This document shows positions 1 through 8,161 of a DNA stretch of 64,000 nucleotides, piece by piece. Origin of the DNA: an uncultured delta proteobacterium (GTDB lineage Bacteria; Myxococcota_A; Polyangia; Polyangiales; Polyangiaceae); the NCBI GenBank assembly GCA_963806225.1, contig CAWDXG010000004.1, forward strand, positions 1,312,001 to 1,376,000. The letters run 5' to 3'. A model generated the notes under the pieces. That model did not search any database and was not told the origin of the DNA. It saw only the letters and a program-made list of their open reading frames with translations. Each line of letters opens with the position of its first letter. Position 1 is the stretch's first letter. A program made the translations under genes and the position numbers.

Positions 1-150
1 TACCGCGTCAAGAACGCGGGGCTGAAGCCGCTCTACGAACAGGCGCGGGAGCTCTTGTCGCAGTTCTCGAACGTGAAGCTTTCGCACGTCCGTCGCGAGC
101 ACAACTCGGAGGCGGATCGCCTGGCGAACCTGGGAATCGACTCGCGATGA
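1..150 (+). CDS. rnhA: Ribonuclease HI family protein, C-terminal part (5'-truncated by window edge)
   Basis: Frame 1 reads YRVKNAGLKPLYEQARELLSQFSNVKLSHVRREHNSEADRLANLGIDSR*. The 'HVxRExNxxADxLAN' tail is typical of RNase HI. Stop overlaps the next ATG (ATGA 147-150). Confidence 0.8.
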   Translation, partial: YRVKNAGLKPLYEQARELLSQFSNVKLSHVRREHNSEADRLANLGIDSR

Positions 151-906
151 CGCTCGTCCGCTACGAGACGCGCGGCCCCGTCTCCGTCCTGTGCATCGAT
201 CGGCCCGAGCGGAAGAACGCCGTCGATCGCGCGACCGCCGCGGAGCTCCTCGAAGGCTACCGCCGCTTCGAGGCCGCCGACGAGCAGCGCGTGCTGATCG
301 TCACCGGCAGCGCGGAGGTCTTCTGCGCCGGGGCCGACCTCAAGGCGCTCGACAACGACGTGGAGCGCGCCGAAGGCCCGATGGGCTTTACGCGACTCGT
401 TTCGAAGAAGCCGACCCTCGCAGCCATCGAGGGCTACTGCGTCGCGGGCGGGCTCGAGATCGCGCTGTGGTGCGATCTGCGCGTGGCCGGCAGCTCGGCG
501 AAGCTCGGCTGTCTGGAGCGGCGCTGGGGGGTGCCGCTCATCGATGGCGGGACGCAGCGGCTGCCACGCGTGGTGGGGCTCGGCCGGGCGCTGGATCTCG
601 ATGCTCACCGGTCGGCTCGTCGACGCCGCCGAGGCCGAGCGCATCGGGCTCGTGGACCGGGTCGTTCCCGACGGCAGCGCGCTCGAGCGCGCGGTGGAGC
701 TCGGCCAGGCCATCGCCAGGTTCCCGTGGTCGTGCGTGTTGGCCGACCGCGATTCGTTGCTCGAGGGCCTGGGCCGACCGCTCGCCGAAGGGCTCGGGAT
801 CGAGGCGAAGCGCGGCACCGCCGTGCTCGTCGAAGCCGCCGAGGGAGCGGCGCGCTTCGCCGCCGGTGCCGGACGCCACGGCGGACAGCCCGGGAACGAC
901 TCCTGA
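147..906 (+). CDS. Enoyl-CoA hydratase/isomerase (crotonase family), frameshifted near 600
   Basis: FCAGADL, AAIEGYCVAGGLEIALWCDLR and GVPLIDGGTQRLPRVVG in ORF 147. It continues in another frame as MLTGRLVDAAEAERIGLVDRVV...EGAARFAAGAGRHG to TGA 904-906. One extra base near 600. Confidence 0.85.
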
Positions 907-2786
907 TGCAGAGCGACAGTCCGCCCGATTACGAGCCCGATTCCGGGACCGAAGCACCGACGCTGGTGCGCGCCGACGGCCCGGGCGCCGGGCCAGACCC
1001 CGACGCCCCGCTGGTAGGCCGGGTGATCGGCGATCGCTACCGCGTGCTGGAGCTCATTGGCCGGGGCGGCATGGGCGCGGTGTACCGCGCCGAGCATGTG
1101 CACATGAAGAAGCTGGTGGCGATCAAGGTGCTGCACCGCGCGCTGACCAGCCAGTTCGAGATCGTGGCCCGCTTCGAGCGCGAGGCGATCTCCGCGGGGC
1201 GCATCCAGCATCCGCGCATCGCGGCCGCTTCGGATTTCGGGCGTCTCGAGGACGGCTCGTTCTATCTGGTGCTGGAGTACGTCCAGGGAACGAGCCTGGG
1301 GGAGCTCCTGCTGGGCGGCGCGCTGCCTCAGGATCGCGCGACACGCATCGCGCGGCAGATCAGCGACGGGCTGGCCGCCGCACACTCCGACGGCATCGTG
1401 CATCGCGATCTCAAGCCGGAGAACGTGATGCTGGTGCAGCGCCCGGGCGAGCCGGAGTTCGTCAAGATCCTGGATTTCGGCATCGCCAAGGTGCTGGTGG
1501 ACGAGGACCACGACGACGCGGGCAAGGGCCCGGTGCTGACACGCCTCGGCACGGTGTTCGGCACTCCGCAGTACATGGCGCCCGAGCAGGCGGCGGGCGA
1601 AGCCGTGGATCAGCGCGCGGATCTCTACACCGTCGGCATCATGCTGTACGAGATGCTGGTCGGCTATGCGCCGTTCCGCGACGAGGACATCGGCACGGTG
1701 CTGGCCATGCAGATGAAGACGGAGCCGCCGCCGCTGCCCGATTGGGTCGATCCGGAGCTCTCGGCGATCGTGGTGCAGCAGCTCGAGAAGGATCCCGCCC
1801 TGCGCATCCAGACCGCCGAGGAGCTGCGCACGCGGTTCGAAGCCGTGCTGGAGCGCATCGCGCCGCGGCCCATGCTCTCGTCGGTGTCTATCGATCCGGG
1901 CTCGCTGCGTCCGGAGGCGAGTACCGAGCGCTCCCGCGACGCGGAGGCAACCCGCCGCGGCCCCGTACCGCTGTGGGCGCTGGGCGCGGGGCTTTCGCTG
2001 GTGGTGCTGGCTGTCGCGGCCCTGGTGTTCCGGTCGAAGGCGCCCGCGCGCCACGCTGCGGCGGTGGCTCCATCGCGGCACGCGGCCGCCGCGGACAGCG
2101 GCCCGGTCCACGCGCCCGCCGCGTCGACCACCCTCGGCGACAACCCGAAGCTGGCGGAGCTCCTGGCCCGCGCTTCGATGGGCGATCTCGACGCCATCGA
2201 GGCGTTGGAAGCGCGGAACCCGAAGCAGCGCAGCGCTGGCGAATGGCTGGCACTGGGGCGCGGGCGCATGCACCTCGACCACGAGAAGGCGGCGCTCCGC
2301 GCCTACGAGAAGGCGCTCGACCTCGACCCGTCGCTGTCCAAGGACGCGACGCTGCTGCGTCACGTGCGGCGCGCTGCCGGGCACGACGACACGGCGGCCG
2401 AAGCGCTGCGCATCGCGTCGCTCCGACTGGGCAGCGCGGGCGCGGACATCCTCTACAGCGTGTGGGTGTCCACCAAGGCCAAGACGCCCACCACGCAGCT
2501 CGCCAAGCAGTTGGTGTACAGCCCCGAAGTGCGGCGGAAGGCCTCGCCCGCGCTGGACGTGGCGCTCGAGCTGCGCAAGGCGCAAAGCTGCGAGGACTAC
2601 AAGAAGCTGCTCCCGCGCGCGACGCTCAGCGGCGACACGCGCGCTTTCCGCATCCTCGAGCCGCTCACGGTGAAGCGCGGCTGCGGCCCGGGCAAGAAGG
2701 ACGACTGCTATCCGTGCCTGCGCCGGAGCAGCGCGCTCGACGACGCGCTCGGCGCCTGCCGCCGCCACCGCGAGCCGATCTACTAG
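906..2786 (+). CDS. Membrane-anchored Hanks-type Ser/Thr protein kinase with TPR-like, Cys-containing C-terminal domain
   Basis: GRGGMGAVY, VAIK, HRDLKPEN, DFG and GTPQYMAPE motifs; TM segment LWALGAGLSLVVLAVAALVF; TPR-like AYEKALDLDP. True start is ATG 906 (TGATG overlap with the upstream stop). Confidence 0.9.
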   Translation: MQSDSPPDYEPDSGTEAPTLVRADGPGAGPDPDAPLVGRVIGDRYRVLELIGRGGMGAVYRAEHVHMKKLVAIKVLHRALTSQFEIVARFEREAISAGRIQHPRIAAASDFGRLEDGSFYLVLEYVQGTSLGELLLGGALPQDRATRIARQISDGLAAAHSDGIVHRDLKPENVMLVQRPGEPEFVKILDFGIAKVLVDEDHDDAGKGPVLTRLGTVFGTPQYMAPEQAAGEAVDQRADLYTVGIMLYEMLVGYAPFRDEDIGTVLAMQMKTEPPPLPDWVDPELSAIVVQQLEKDPALRIQTAEELRTRFEAVLERIAPRPMLSSVSIDPGSLRPEASTERSRDAEATRRGPVPLWALGAGLSLVVLAVAALVFRSKAPARHAAAVAPSRHAAAADSGPVHAPAASTTLGDNPKLAELLARASMGDLDAIEALEARNPKQRSAGEWLALGRGRMHLDHEKAALRAYEKALDLDPSLSKDATLLRHVRRAAGHDDTAAEALRIASLRLGSAGADILYSVWVSTKAKTPTTQLAKQLVYSPEVRRKASPALDVALELRKAQSCEDYKKLLPRATLSGDTRAFRILEPLTVKRGCGPGKKDDCYPCLRRSSALDDALGACRRHREPIY

Positions 2787-2796
2787 CCGGCCACGG

Positions 2797-3987
2797 TCAC
2801 GGTCGCGCCCGGGGAGCCCGGCTGCGATCCGGGGCCAGATCCTCGTACAGCCGCTCGTACGCCGCCGCCACGGCGCCAGAACGGAAGCGACGCTCGACGG
2901 CGGCGCGCTGCGCGTCGACAACGGCCGTGCGGCGCCCGGCATCGCGCACGAGCTCGAGCGCGGCACCCGCCAGCGCTTCGCGATCTCCGCGGGGCACGCG
3001 CACAGTTCCATCCAGCTCGGAGAGCGGCCCGTGATCGATCGCGACCACCGGCACGCCGAGCGACATGGATTCGAGCAGCACGATCGGCAGGTCGACCTTG
3101 CCCCAGAGATCGTCGACCGGAAACAGCACGGCGCTGGCACTGCCGATCAGCGCCAGCACGTCCGGCAGCTCGCTTTCGAAGCGCACGTTCGGCGAGTCGA
3201 GGCGCTGTTCCAGTGCGCGCGCCAGGCGCGGAGCTTCGGGCGTCTTCTCGCGGTAGGCAAACACGATCACCGCGTCGGGTAGCTCGCGCACGATGGGGGC
3301 GACCACCGCCGCCACGTCCTCGGCGCCCGAGCTGGTCTCGAGATCGCCCGGGTAGACGAACAGCGGCGCGGCTTCCGGAATGCCGAGTGCGCGGCGCGCA
3401 GAGCCCAGCGTGTCGGCGGAACGCGGGCGGAGCGGCCCCACCGGCGGCGGCACCACCTCGAGGCGGGGGCGGGCGGCCGGCGCGACGCCCTCCCGCTCGT
3501 ACGCGTCCACGATGCGGCGCCGCGTCCACTCGCTCTGCGCCACCACGATCTGCCCGAACAAGAGCCTCGATAGGCCCTCGAAGCGCCGCGGCGCCGAAGC
3601 CACGGTCTGCAGCACCGGCGCGCGGCGCAGCCGCCCGATAGCGCTGCCCACGGCGCTGCTCCTCGGGTTGGGCGCGAACACGTAGTGCCACACGTCCGCG
3701 CGCGAGCGGGCGAGCAGGAAGGCCGCCGCGCGGACGTTGTCGAGCAGCGCGGGCGCGAACCGCCCCGCGTCGGGATACACCGGCGCCATCTGCACCGGAG
3801 CGCGCCCGTCGCGCCGCGGGTACAGCCCGGCGTCGACCACACTCTCGAGCGCCGGAGCGCCCGGGGCCGACATCACCACCGCCTCGGCCCGCTCCAGATG
3901 TAGCGCCACATCGCGCACCAGGCACTTCGTACCGTCGTGGAATGGCGGCACGATCGGCTTGGAAACGAACAGCACCCGGAGCGGCAT
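2797..3987 (-). CDS. Glycosyltransferase family 4 (GT-B)
   Basis: C-terminal 'DLPIVLLESMSLGVPVVAIDHGPLSE' GT4 motif; N-terminal 'RVLFVS..PP..DG'. Confidence 0.85.
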   Translation of the reverse strand: MPLRVLFVSKPIVPPFHDGTKCLVRDVALHLERAEAVVMSAPGAPALESVVDAGLYPRRDGRAPVQMAPVYPDAGRFAPALLDNVRAAAFLLARSRADVWHYVFAPNPRSSAVGSAIGRLRRAPVLQTVASAPRRFEGLSRLLFGQIVVAQSEWTRRRIVDAYEREGVAPAARPRLEVVPPPVGPLRPRSADTLGSARRALGIPEAAPLFVYPGDLETSSGAEDVAAVVAPIVRELPDAVIVFAYREKTPEAPRLARALEQRLDSPNVRFESELPDVLALIGSASAVLFPVDDLWGKVDLPIVLLESMSLGVPVVAIDHGPLSELDGTVRVPRGDREALAGAALELVRDAGRRTAVVDAQRAAVERRFRSGAVAAAYERLYEDLAPDRSRAPRARP

Positions 3988-4097
3988 GGCCGCGCAGGCT
4001 ACACGCTGACGCGCCTCGGCCCAAATCGGCTAGCGCCAACGACGCAGGCGCCCCGGCGTCGCCGTCCGGAGCCGGCCGCGCGATGTTGTGAAATGCA

Positions 4098-4904
4098 CTA
4101 CCGAGCGGCTTCGAGAAGCGCAGCGGGAGCGCGGCGGATGGCGCTCTCGATGGCGGCGACGAGCACCGCGTGCTTCAGCTCGGCCGAGCGGCGGCTATCG
4201 CGCGCCTCGGCAGCCGAAGCGCGGGTGCTCGCCGAGCCGGAGACCGTCCCGGCGATGGCCTGCTGGGGCATGCGGTGCATCACGTACTCCATCTTGGCGC
4301 TGTAGATGACCGAGCTGCCCTCGCGCGACGCCCTCAGCCGCTTGAGACGGCCGGTCACCATCACGACCGGCGGCTTGCGGCGTTTGGCGGCTGCCTTGTA
4401 GTCGTCCGAATCGTCGAGCACCTTGACCCCGGGCAGCTCGTCCAGCTGCGTCCGCGAAGTACGCTGCACCTCGTCGAGCAGCCTCCGGTAGCGCACCGAG
4501 GCGTGGATCCTGCCGAGCTTGACCAGGACCTTCGGCTTCTCGTGATGCCGGCCGAGCTGCTCCAGCGCGCGGATGGATGCCTTGATCTGCGAGCGCACGG
4601 CGGCGGATGTGTCCAGGCGATGCTCCTTGAGCGCGTGGATCGCGCGCTTGTCGCCCAGCACCTTGAGGGCCGCCGCCGACGCCGCCCGCACCGCAGCGTT
4701 GGGATCGTCCAGGGCCTTTTCCAGCGGTTGCCGCGCGGACTTGCTGCGGGACTTGCCGAGCTGCAGCGCCGCCTGGACGCGCACGCGGAAATCCTGTCCG
4801 TGCTCGAGCCGATCGATCAGCGACGCCACGCTCGAACCCGCCAACGCCGGGCCTGCAAGCAGCACGGCGAGCGCAACGACGAGTGGCCGCAGCAGACGGG
4901 TCAT
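4098..4904 (-). CDS. Exported HEAT-repeat protein
   Basis: Signal peptide MTRLLRPLVVALAVLLAGPALA; HEAT repeats FRVRVQAALQLG, DPNAAVRAASAAAL and DTSAAVRSQ. Start placed at ATG 4904. Confidence 0.75.
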   Translation of the reverse strand: MTRLLRPLVVALAVLLAGPALAGSSVASLIDRLEHGQDFRVRVQAALQLGKSRSKSARQPLEKALDDPNAAVRAASAAALKVLGDKRAIHALKEHRLDTSAAVRSQIKASIRALEQLGRHHEKPKVLVKLGRIHASVRYRRLLDEVQRTSRTQLDELPGVKVLDDSDDYKAAAKRRKPPVVMVTGRLKRLRASREGSSVIYSAKMEYVMHRMPQQAIAGTVSGSASTRASAAEARDSRRSAELKHAVLVAAIESAIRRAPAALLEAAR

Positions 4905-5091
4905 CAGGAGTCGGACGAGCGAAACATCGCATCCATACAATAGATCATCCGTACAGTGCTGCGGGGCCGAACCGGGCTGGCGTTCGAGATCACTCGCACC
5001 TCGTGGCACATGGGCACAAGGTGTCGCACCTGCCCTCACCCCGACGGCGACTCGATGTGCACCGTCGACTCTTCGAGCAGCGACTTCGCTG

Positions 5092-6684
5092 CTACTTGTC
5101 CGTGCCCTTCTTCAGGTCCGGCGGCTTCCAGCCCTTGGGCGGCTTGAAGCCCTTCGGCGGCTTGTCGGGACAGCCGTCGTCATCCTGGTAGCCGTTGTAG
5201 GTCTCCGGCTGGTCCACGCACTGGTCCTTGTTGTCGACGATGCCGTCTCCGTCGTTGTCCGGATCGGGGCAGCCGTCGGTGTCCTGGAAGCCGTCGGTGT
5301 CCTCGGGCTGGTCCGGACACTTGTCCTTGGAGTCCGGGACGCCGTCATTGTCCCTGTCCGGCTCGTCCGGGCAGCCGTCATCGTCCTTGTAGCCGTTCTT
5401 GGTTTCCGGCTTGTTCGGACAGCGATCGTGATCGTCGGGGATCCCGTCCTTGTCGTTGTCGTAGTCGGGGCAGCCATCGCTGTCCTCGAAGCCGTCCGGA
5501 TCCTCGGCCTTGTCCGGGCACTTGTCGTCCTTGTCGAGGATCGTATCGCCGTCGTTGTCGGGATCGGGGCAACCGTCGCTGTCCTGATAGCCGTCCCGGT
5601 CCTCCGCCTCGGTCGGACACTGGTCGTCGTTGTCGTAGATGCCGTCGTTGTCGCGATCCCGGCGCTCCTGCACGTACATGAAGCCCACGAACGCGCGCAC
5701 CGCGGGCACGCCGATACCCTGGATGAGGCCCGTGCCTGCGCCCAGGTTCACCAGGATGGGCGAACCGAGCGGCATGATCTGCACGCCGCCGTCGATCTCG
5801 TTGGCGTTGGTGCCGTTGTGCGAAGAGAACTTCGTGCTGCCGAAATCGTCGAGCAGGATGCGGAACACGGGGCTGACCTTGAAGCCCGCACCGATACCGT
5901 AGCGGAACTCGGGGCCGAGCTTCGTCGAACCGACGCGGCCGTTGCCCCGGTAGACCCCCGCCAGGTTGCCGCCGACGCTGAACGGCCCGTGCTCGCCGTC
6001 GAAGATGGCGCGCAGCCCGGCAGTCGGCGTCGTGTCGCCGATGTAGTTCCCCTTGGACGTGGCGTGCCCGAGCGGTCCGGTCACGAACGCACCGAGCCCC
6101 ACCACGAACGGATCGTGGATTTCCCCGTGGAGGCGGTACTTGCCCTCCAGCTCGGCGTCCCCGAGGCCCGTCCCGCTGAGCCCGTTGGGGTCGGCGGTGC
6201 CCTGGTCGGTGAGCCCCTGGCCCTTTACGAAAGTGATCGGCACCTTCAGGCCGAGCTGCAGGCGCGGGATCGGCGTGAACGAGCCGAGCACATCGCCGGT
6301 GACCATGTTCTCGACGACCTTGACGTCCTGTTTCTGGATCGCGTTGGGGTCGCTGCAGTCGGTCTGCGACAGGCAGCTCCTGACGACGAACGGCTGGTTC
6401 GCATAGTTGACGTACAAGCCGGCGCTCCACGCCATCTTGCCGTCGGTCCGCACGCCACGCGTGGTGAAGTAGTTGCGCGGCCCCGGCGCCGGATCGAAAC
6501 GCTGGACTGTGAACTCACCGCTCTTGGCCGATCCTTGCTGGGCAAGCGCGGAGCCGGACGTGGCCATCAGCGTCGAAAGCAACGCCCCGCCGGTCACCCG
6601 GCACAACAGACGACGAGCTGAGTTCCGAGGAGGGGTCATGGCAGCAGGGAGCGGTCGGCGAGCAGGGAGCGGGAACGCTTTCAT
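5092..6684 (-). CDS. OM beta-barrel protein with thrombospondin type-3 repeats (TraB/OmpA-like architecture, no OmpA C-terminal domain)
   Basis: Signal peptide; amphipathic beta-strands (WSAGLYVNY, LQLGLKVP, FRYGIGAGF); repeated DxDxDGxxDxxDxCP and EDxDGFxDxDGCP units; ends in a short Lys/Pro tail. Confidence 0.75.
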   Translation of the reverse strand: MKAFPLPARRPLPAAMTPPRNSARRLLCRVTGGALLSTLMATSGSALAQQGSAKSGEFTVQRFDPAPGPRNYFTTRGVRTDGKMAWSAGLYVNYANQPFVVRSCLSQTDCSDPNAIQKQDVKVVENMVTGDVLGSFTPIPRLQLGLKVPITFVKGQGLTDQGTADPNGLSGTGLGDAELEGKYRLHGEIHDPFVVGLGAFVTGPLGHATSKGNYIGDTTPTAGLRAIFDGEHGPFSVGGNLAGVYRGNGRVGSTKLGPEFRYGIGAGFKVSPVFRILLDDFGSTKFSSHNGTNANEIDGGVQIMPLGSPILVNLGAGTGLIQGIGVPAVRAFVGFMYVQERRDRDNDGIYDNDDQCPTEAEDRDGYQDSDGCPDPDNDGDTILDKDDKCPDKAEDPDGFEDSDGCPDYDNDKDGIPDDHDRCPNKPETKNGYKDDDGCPDEPDRDNDGVPDSKDKCPDQPEDTDGFQDTDGCPDPDNDGDGIVDNKDQCVDQPETYNGYQDDDGCPDKPPKGFKPPKGWKPPDLKKGTDK

Positions 6685-6908
6685 CGAAAGCTCTCCGTTG
6701 GGTAGAGGTCGCACGTCGGGAGCGAAGCCAAGGCTCGCACATTCGCCCACATTTCCGCAACGGCCATGATTTCCGCCCAGGAACCACAGCTCCGGCACCC
6801 CGGCCCCCGGCCCGGCGAGCGCGGGATCCGAACCGAAACGCAGGCGGGGCGCCGCCCCCACAGCCACCCCGCGGCCGCAGACCGGCGCCTGGGCGTTATG
6901 TTAGCGAC

Positions 6909-8054
6909 GTGGCCGTCTGCTCCAGATGCCTGAGCGTCATCGCCGAGGCGGGCGCCCGTTTCTGTCCTCACTGCGGAACCGCCCAGGCAAGTTCGCCCGC
7001 CATCCGGCACATCGAGGCGGGCACCGAGCTCGATCTGGCGTGGGGAAAGATCCTCGTCGAGGACGTGATCGGCGAAGGCGGCATGGGCGTCGTGCACCGG
7101 GGCTGGCTCTACTACAATCCCGAGGGCCGCTATTCGGGCACGCCGCCGCATCCGGTTGCGGTCAAGGTGCTGCATCCGCTCCTCAAGGGGCGCGAGCGGG
7201 CGCGACGTCTTTTCCTGGGTGAAGCGCACGCGCTCGCCCGGCTGTCGCATCCGAACATCGTGCACTTCTTCGCGCTGGTGCAGGCCGACGATCAGCTCGC
7301 CATCGCCATCGAGCTGGTGGAAGGGCAGCCGCTCAACGAGATCATCACACGTCGCAGAGCCGCCGCTCACGCCGGCGGCATTCCCTGCCTGCCGTTCGCC
7401 CGCGCCTGGCACTATTTCTCGCAACTTCTGGGCGCGCTGGCGGCAATCCACGCGCTCGGCATCATCCATCGCGACGTTAAGCCGAGCAACGTGCTGGTGC
7501 GCACCGACGGCATGGTCAAGCTGACGGACTTCGGCATCGCGCGGGTTCCGGCGGAGGAAGCCCGCAACACGGGCGGCATGGCGCCAGGAACGGGAGCGTA
7601 CATGGCTCCCGAGCAGGTGCTGGGGCGCGAGCTCGACGCGCGGACCGATCTCTACAGCGCGGGCATCGTGCTGTACGAGATGCTCACCGGAGCCACACCG
7701 TTCGACTCGCCGGCGCGGAACGAGATCATGGTGCGAACCGCACAGCTCGAAGAGACCGCACCGCCCATCACGCAGATCATCCCGCAGGCTCCCGCCGTGC
7801 TCGACCTGCTCATGGCCCGTGCACTGGCGAAGGACCCCATGCACCGCTTCAGTTCCGCCATCGAGCTCGGCGAGGCGTTCCGCGCCGCCCTCGACCTGCC
7901 CGAATCGGCCGGCTGGACCGCCCAGCAGAAGCTGGCGGAAAACGCGCAGGCGATCTCGCAGTACCAGAACGCCGCCCAACGCCCTGCCGGAACGGTGCCG
8001 GAAGCGCGTGCCGAGAGACTGCGCACCGACGTGATGCAGGCCTACCGTGGCTAG
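6909..8054 (+). CDS. Cytoplasmic Ser/Thr protein kinase with N-terminal zinc ribbon
   Basis: CSRC...FCPHCG; GEGGMGVV, VAVK, HRDVKPSN, DFG and YMAPE motifs; no TM segment seen. Confidence 0.9.
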   Translation: MAVCSRCLSVIAEAGARFCPHCGTAQASSPAIRHIEAGTELDLAWGKILVEDVIGEGGMGVVHRGWLYYNPEGRYSGTPPHPVAVKVLHPLLKGRERARRLFLGEAHALARLSHPNIVHFFALVQADDQLAIAIELVEGQPLNEIITRRRAAAHAGGIPCLPFARAWHYFSQLLGALAAIHALGIIHRDVKPSNVLVRTDGMVKLTDFGIARVPAEEARNTGGMAPGTGAYMAPEQVLGRELDARTDLYSAGIVLYEMLTGATPFDSPARNEIMVRTAQLEETAPPITQIIPQAPAVLDLLMARALAKDPMHRFSSAIELGEAFRAALDLPESAGWTAQQKLAENAQAISQYQNAAQRPAGTVPEARAERLRTDVMQAYRG

Positions 8055-8084
8055 CCGGCTTCAGGAACCGCTTTCCACTAGTCG

Positions 8085-8114
8085 TTGACAGTCTTTGCCG
8101 GGCCATGCCATAGC
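8085..8114 (+). promoter_or_regulatory. Possible sigma70-type promoter for the TIGR04551-like gene
   Basis: Perfect TTGACA (8085-8090), 18-nt spacer, then a weak TGc-CATAGC -10 element. Confidence 0.35.
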
Positions 8115-8161
8115 CCCGGGGCGGTCCAGCTGACGTGGCTTTTCCGCGGAGATCCGCGCCC

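Noticed and set aside
147..2786. Apparent 879-aa crotonase-kinase fusion
   Set aside because: Artefact of a +1 frameshift near 600. The crotonase ends at TGA 906 and the kinase has its own ATG at 906.
33..3140. Long antisense or alternative-frame ORFs (also 20092..22860, 23083..25638, 32856..34775 and others)
   Set aside because: Arg/Ala/Pro-rich, motif-free shadows of real genes, expected at this GC content.
5160..5660. Repeated DNA units as a possible CRISPR array (also 17100-17650 and 20651-20820)
   Set aside because: All are in-frame protein-coding repeats with no unique spacers, and there are no cas genes.
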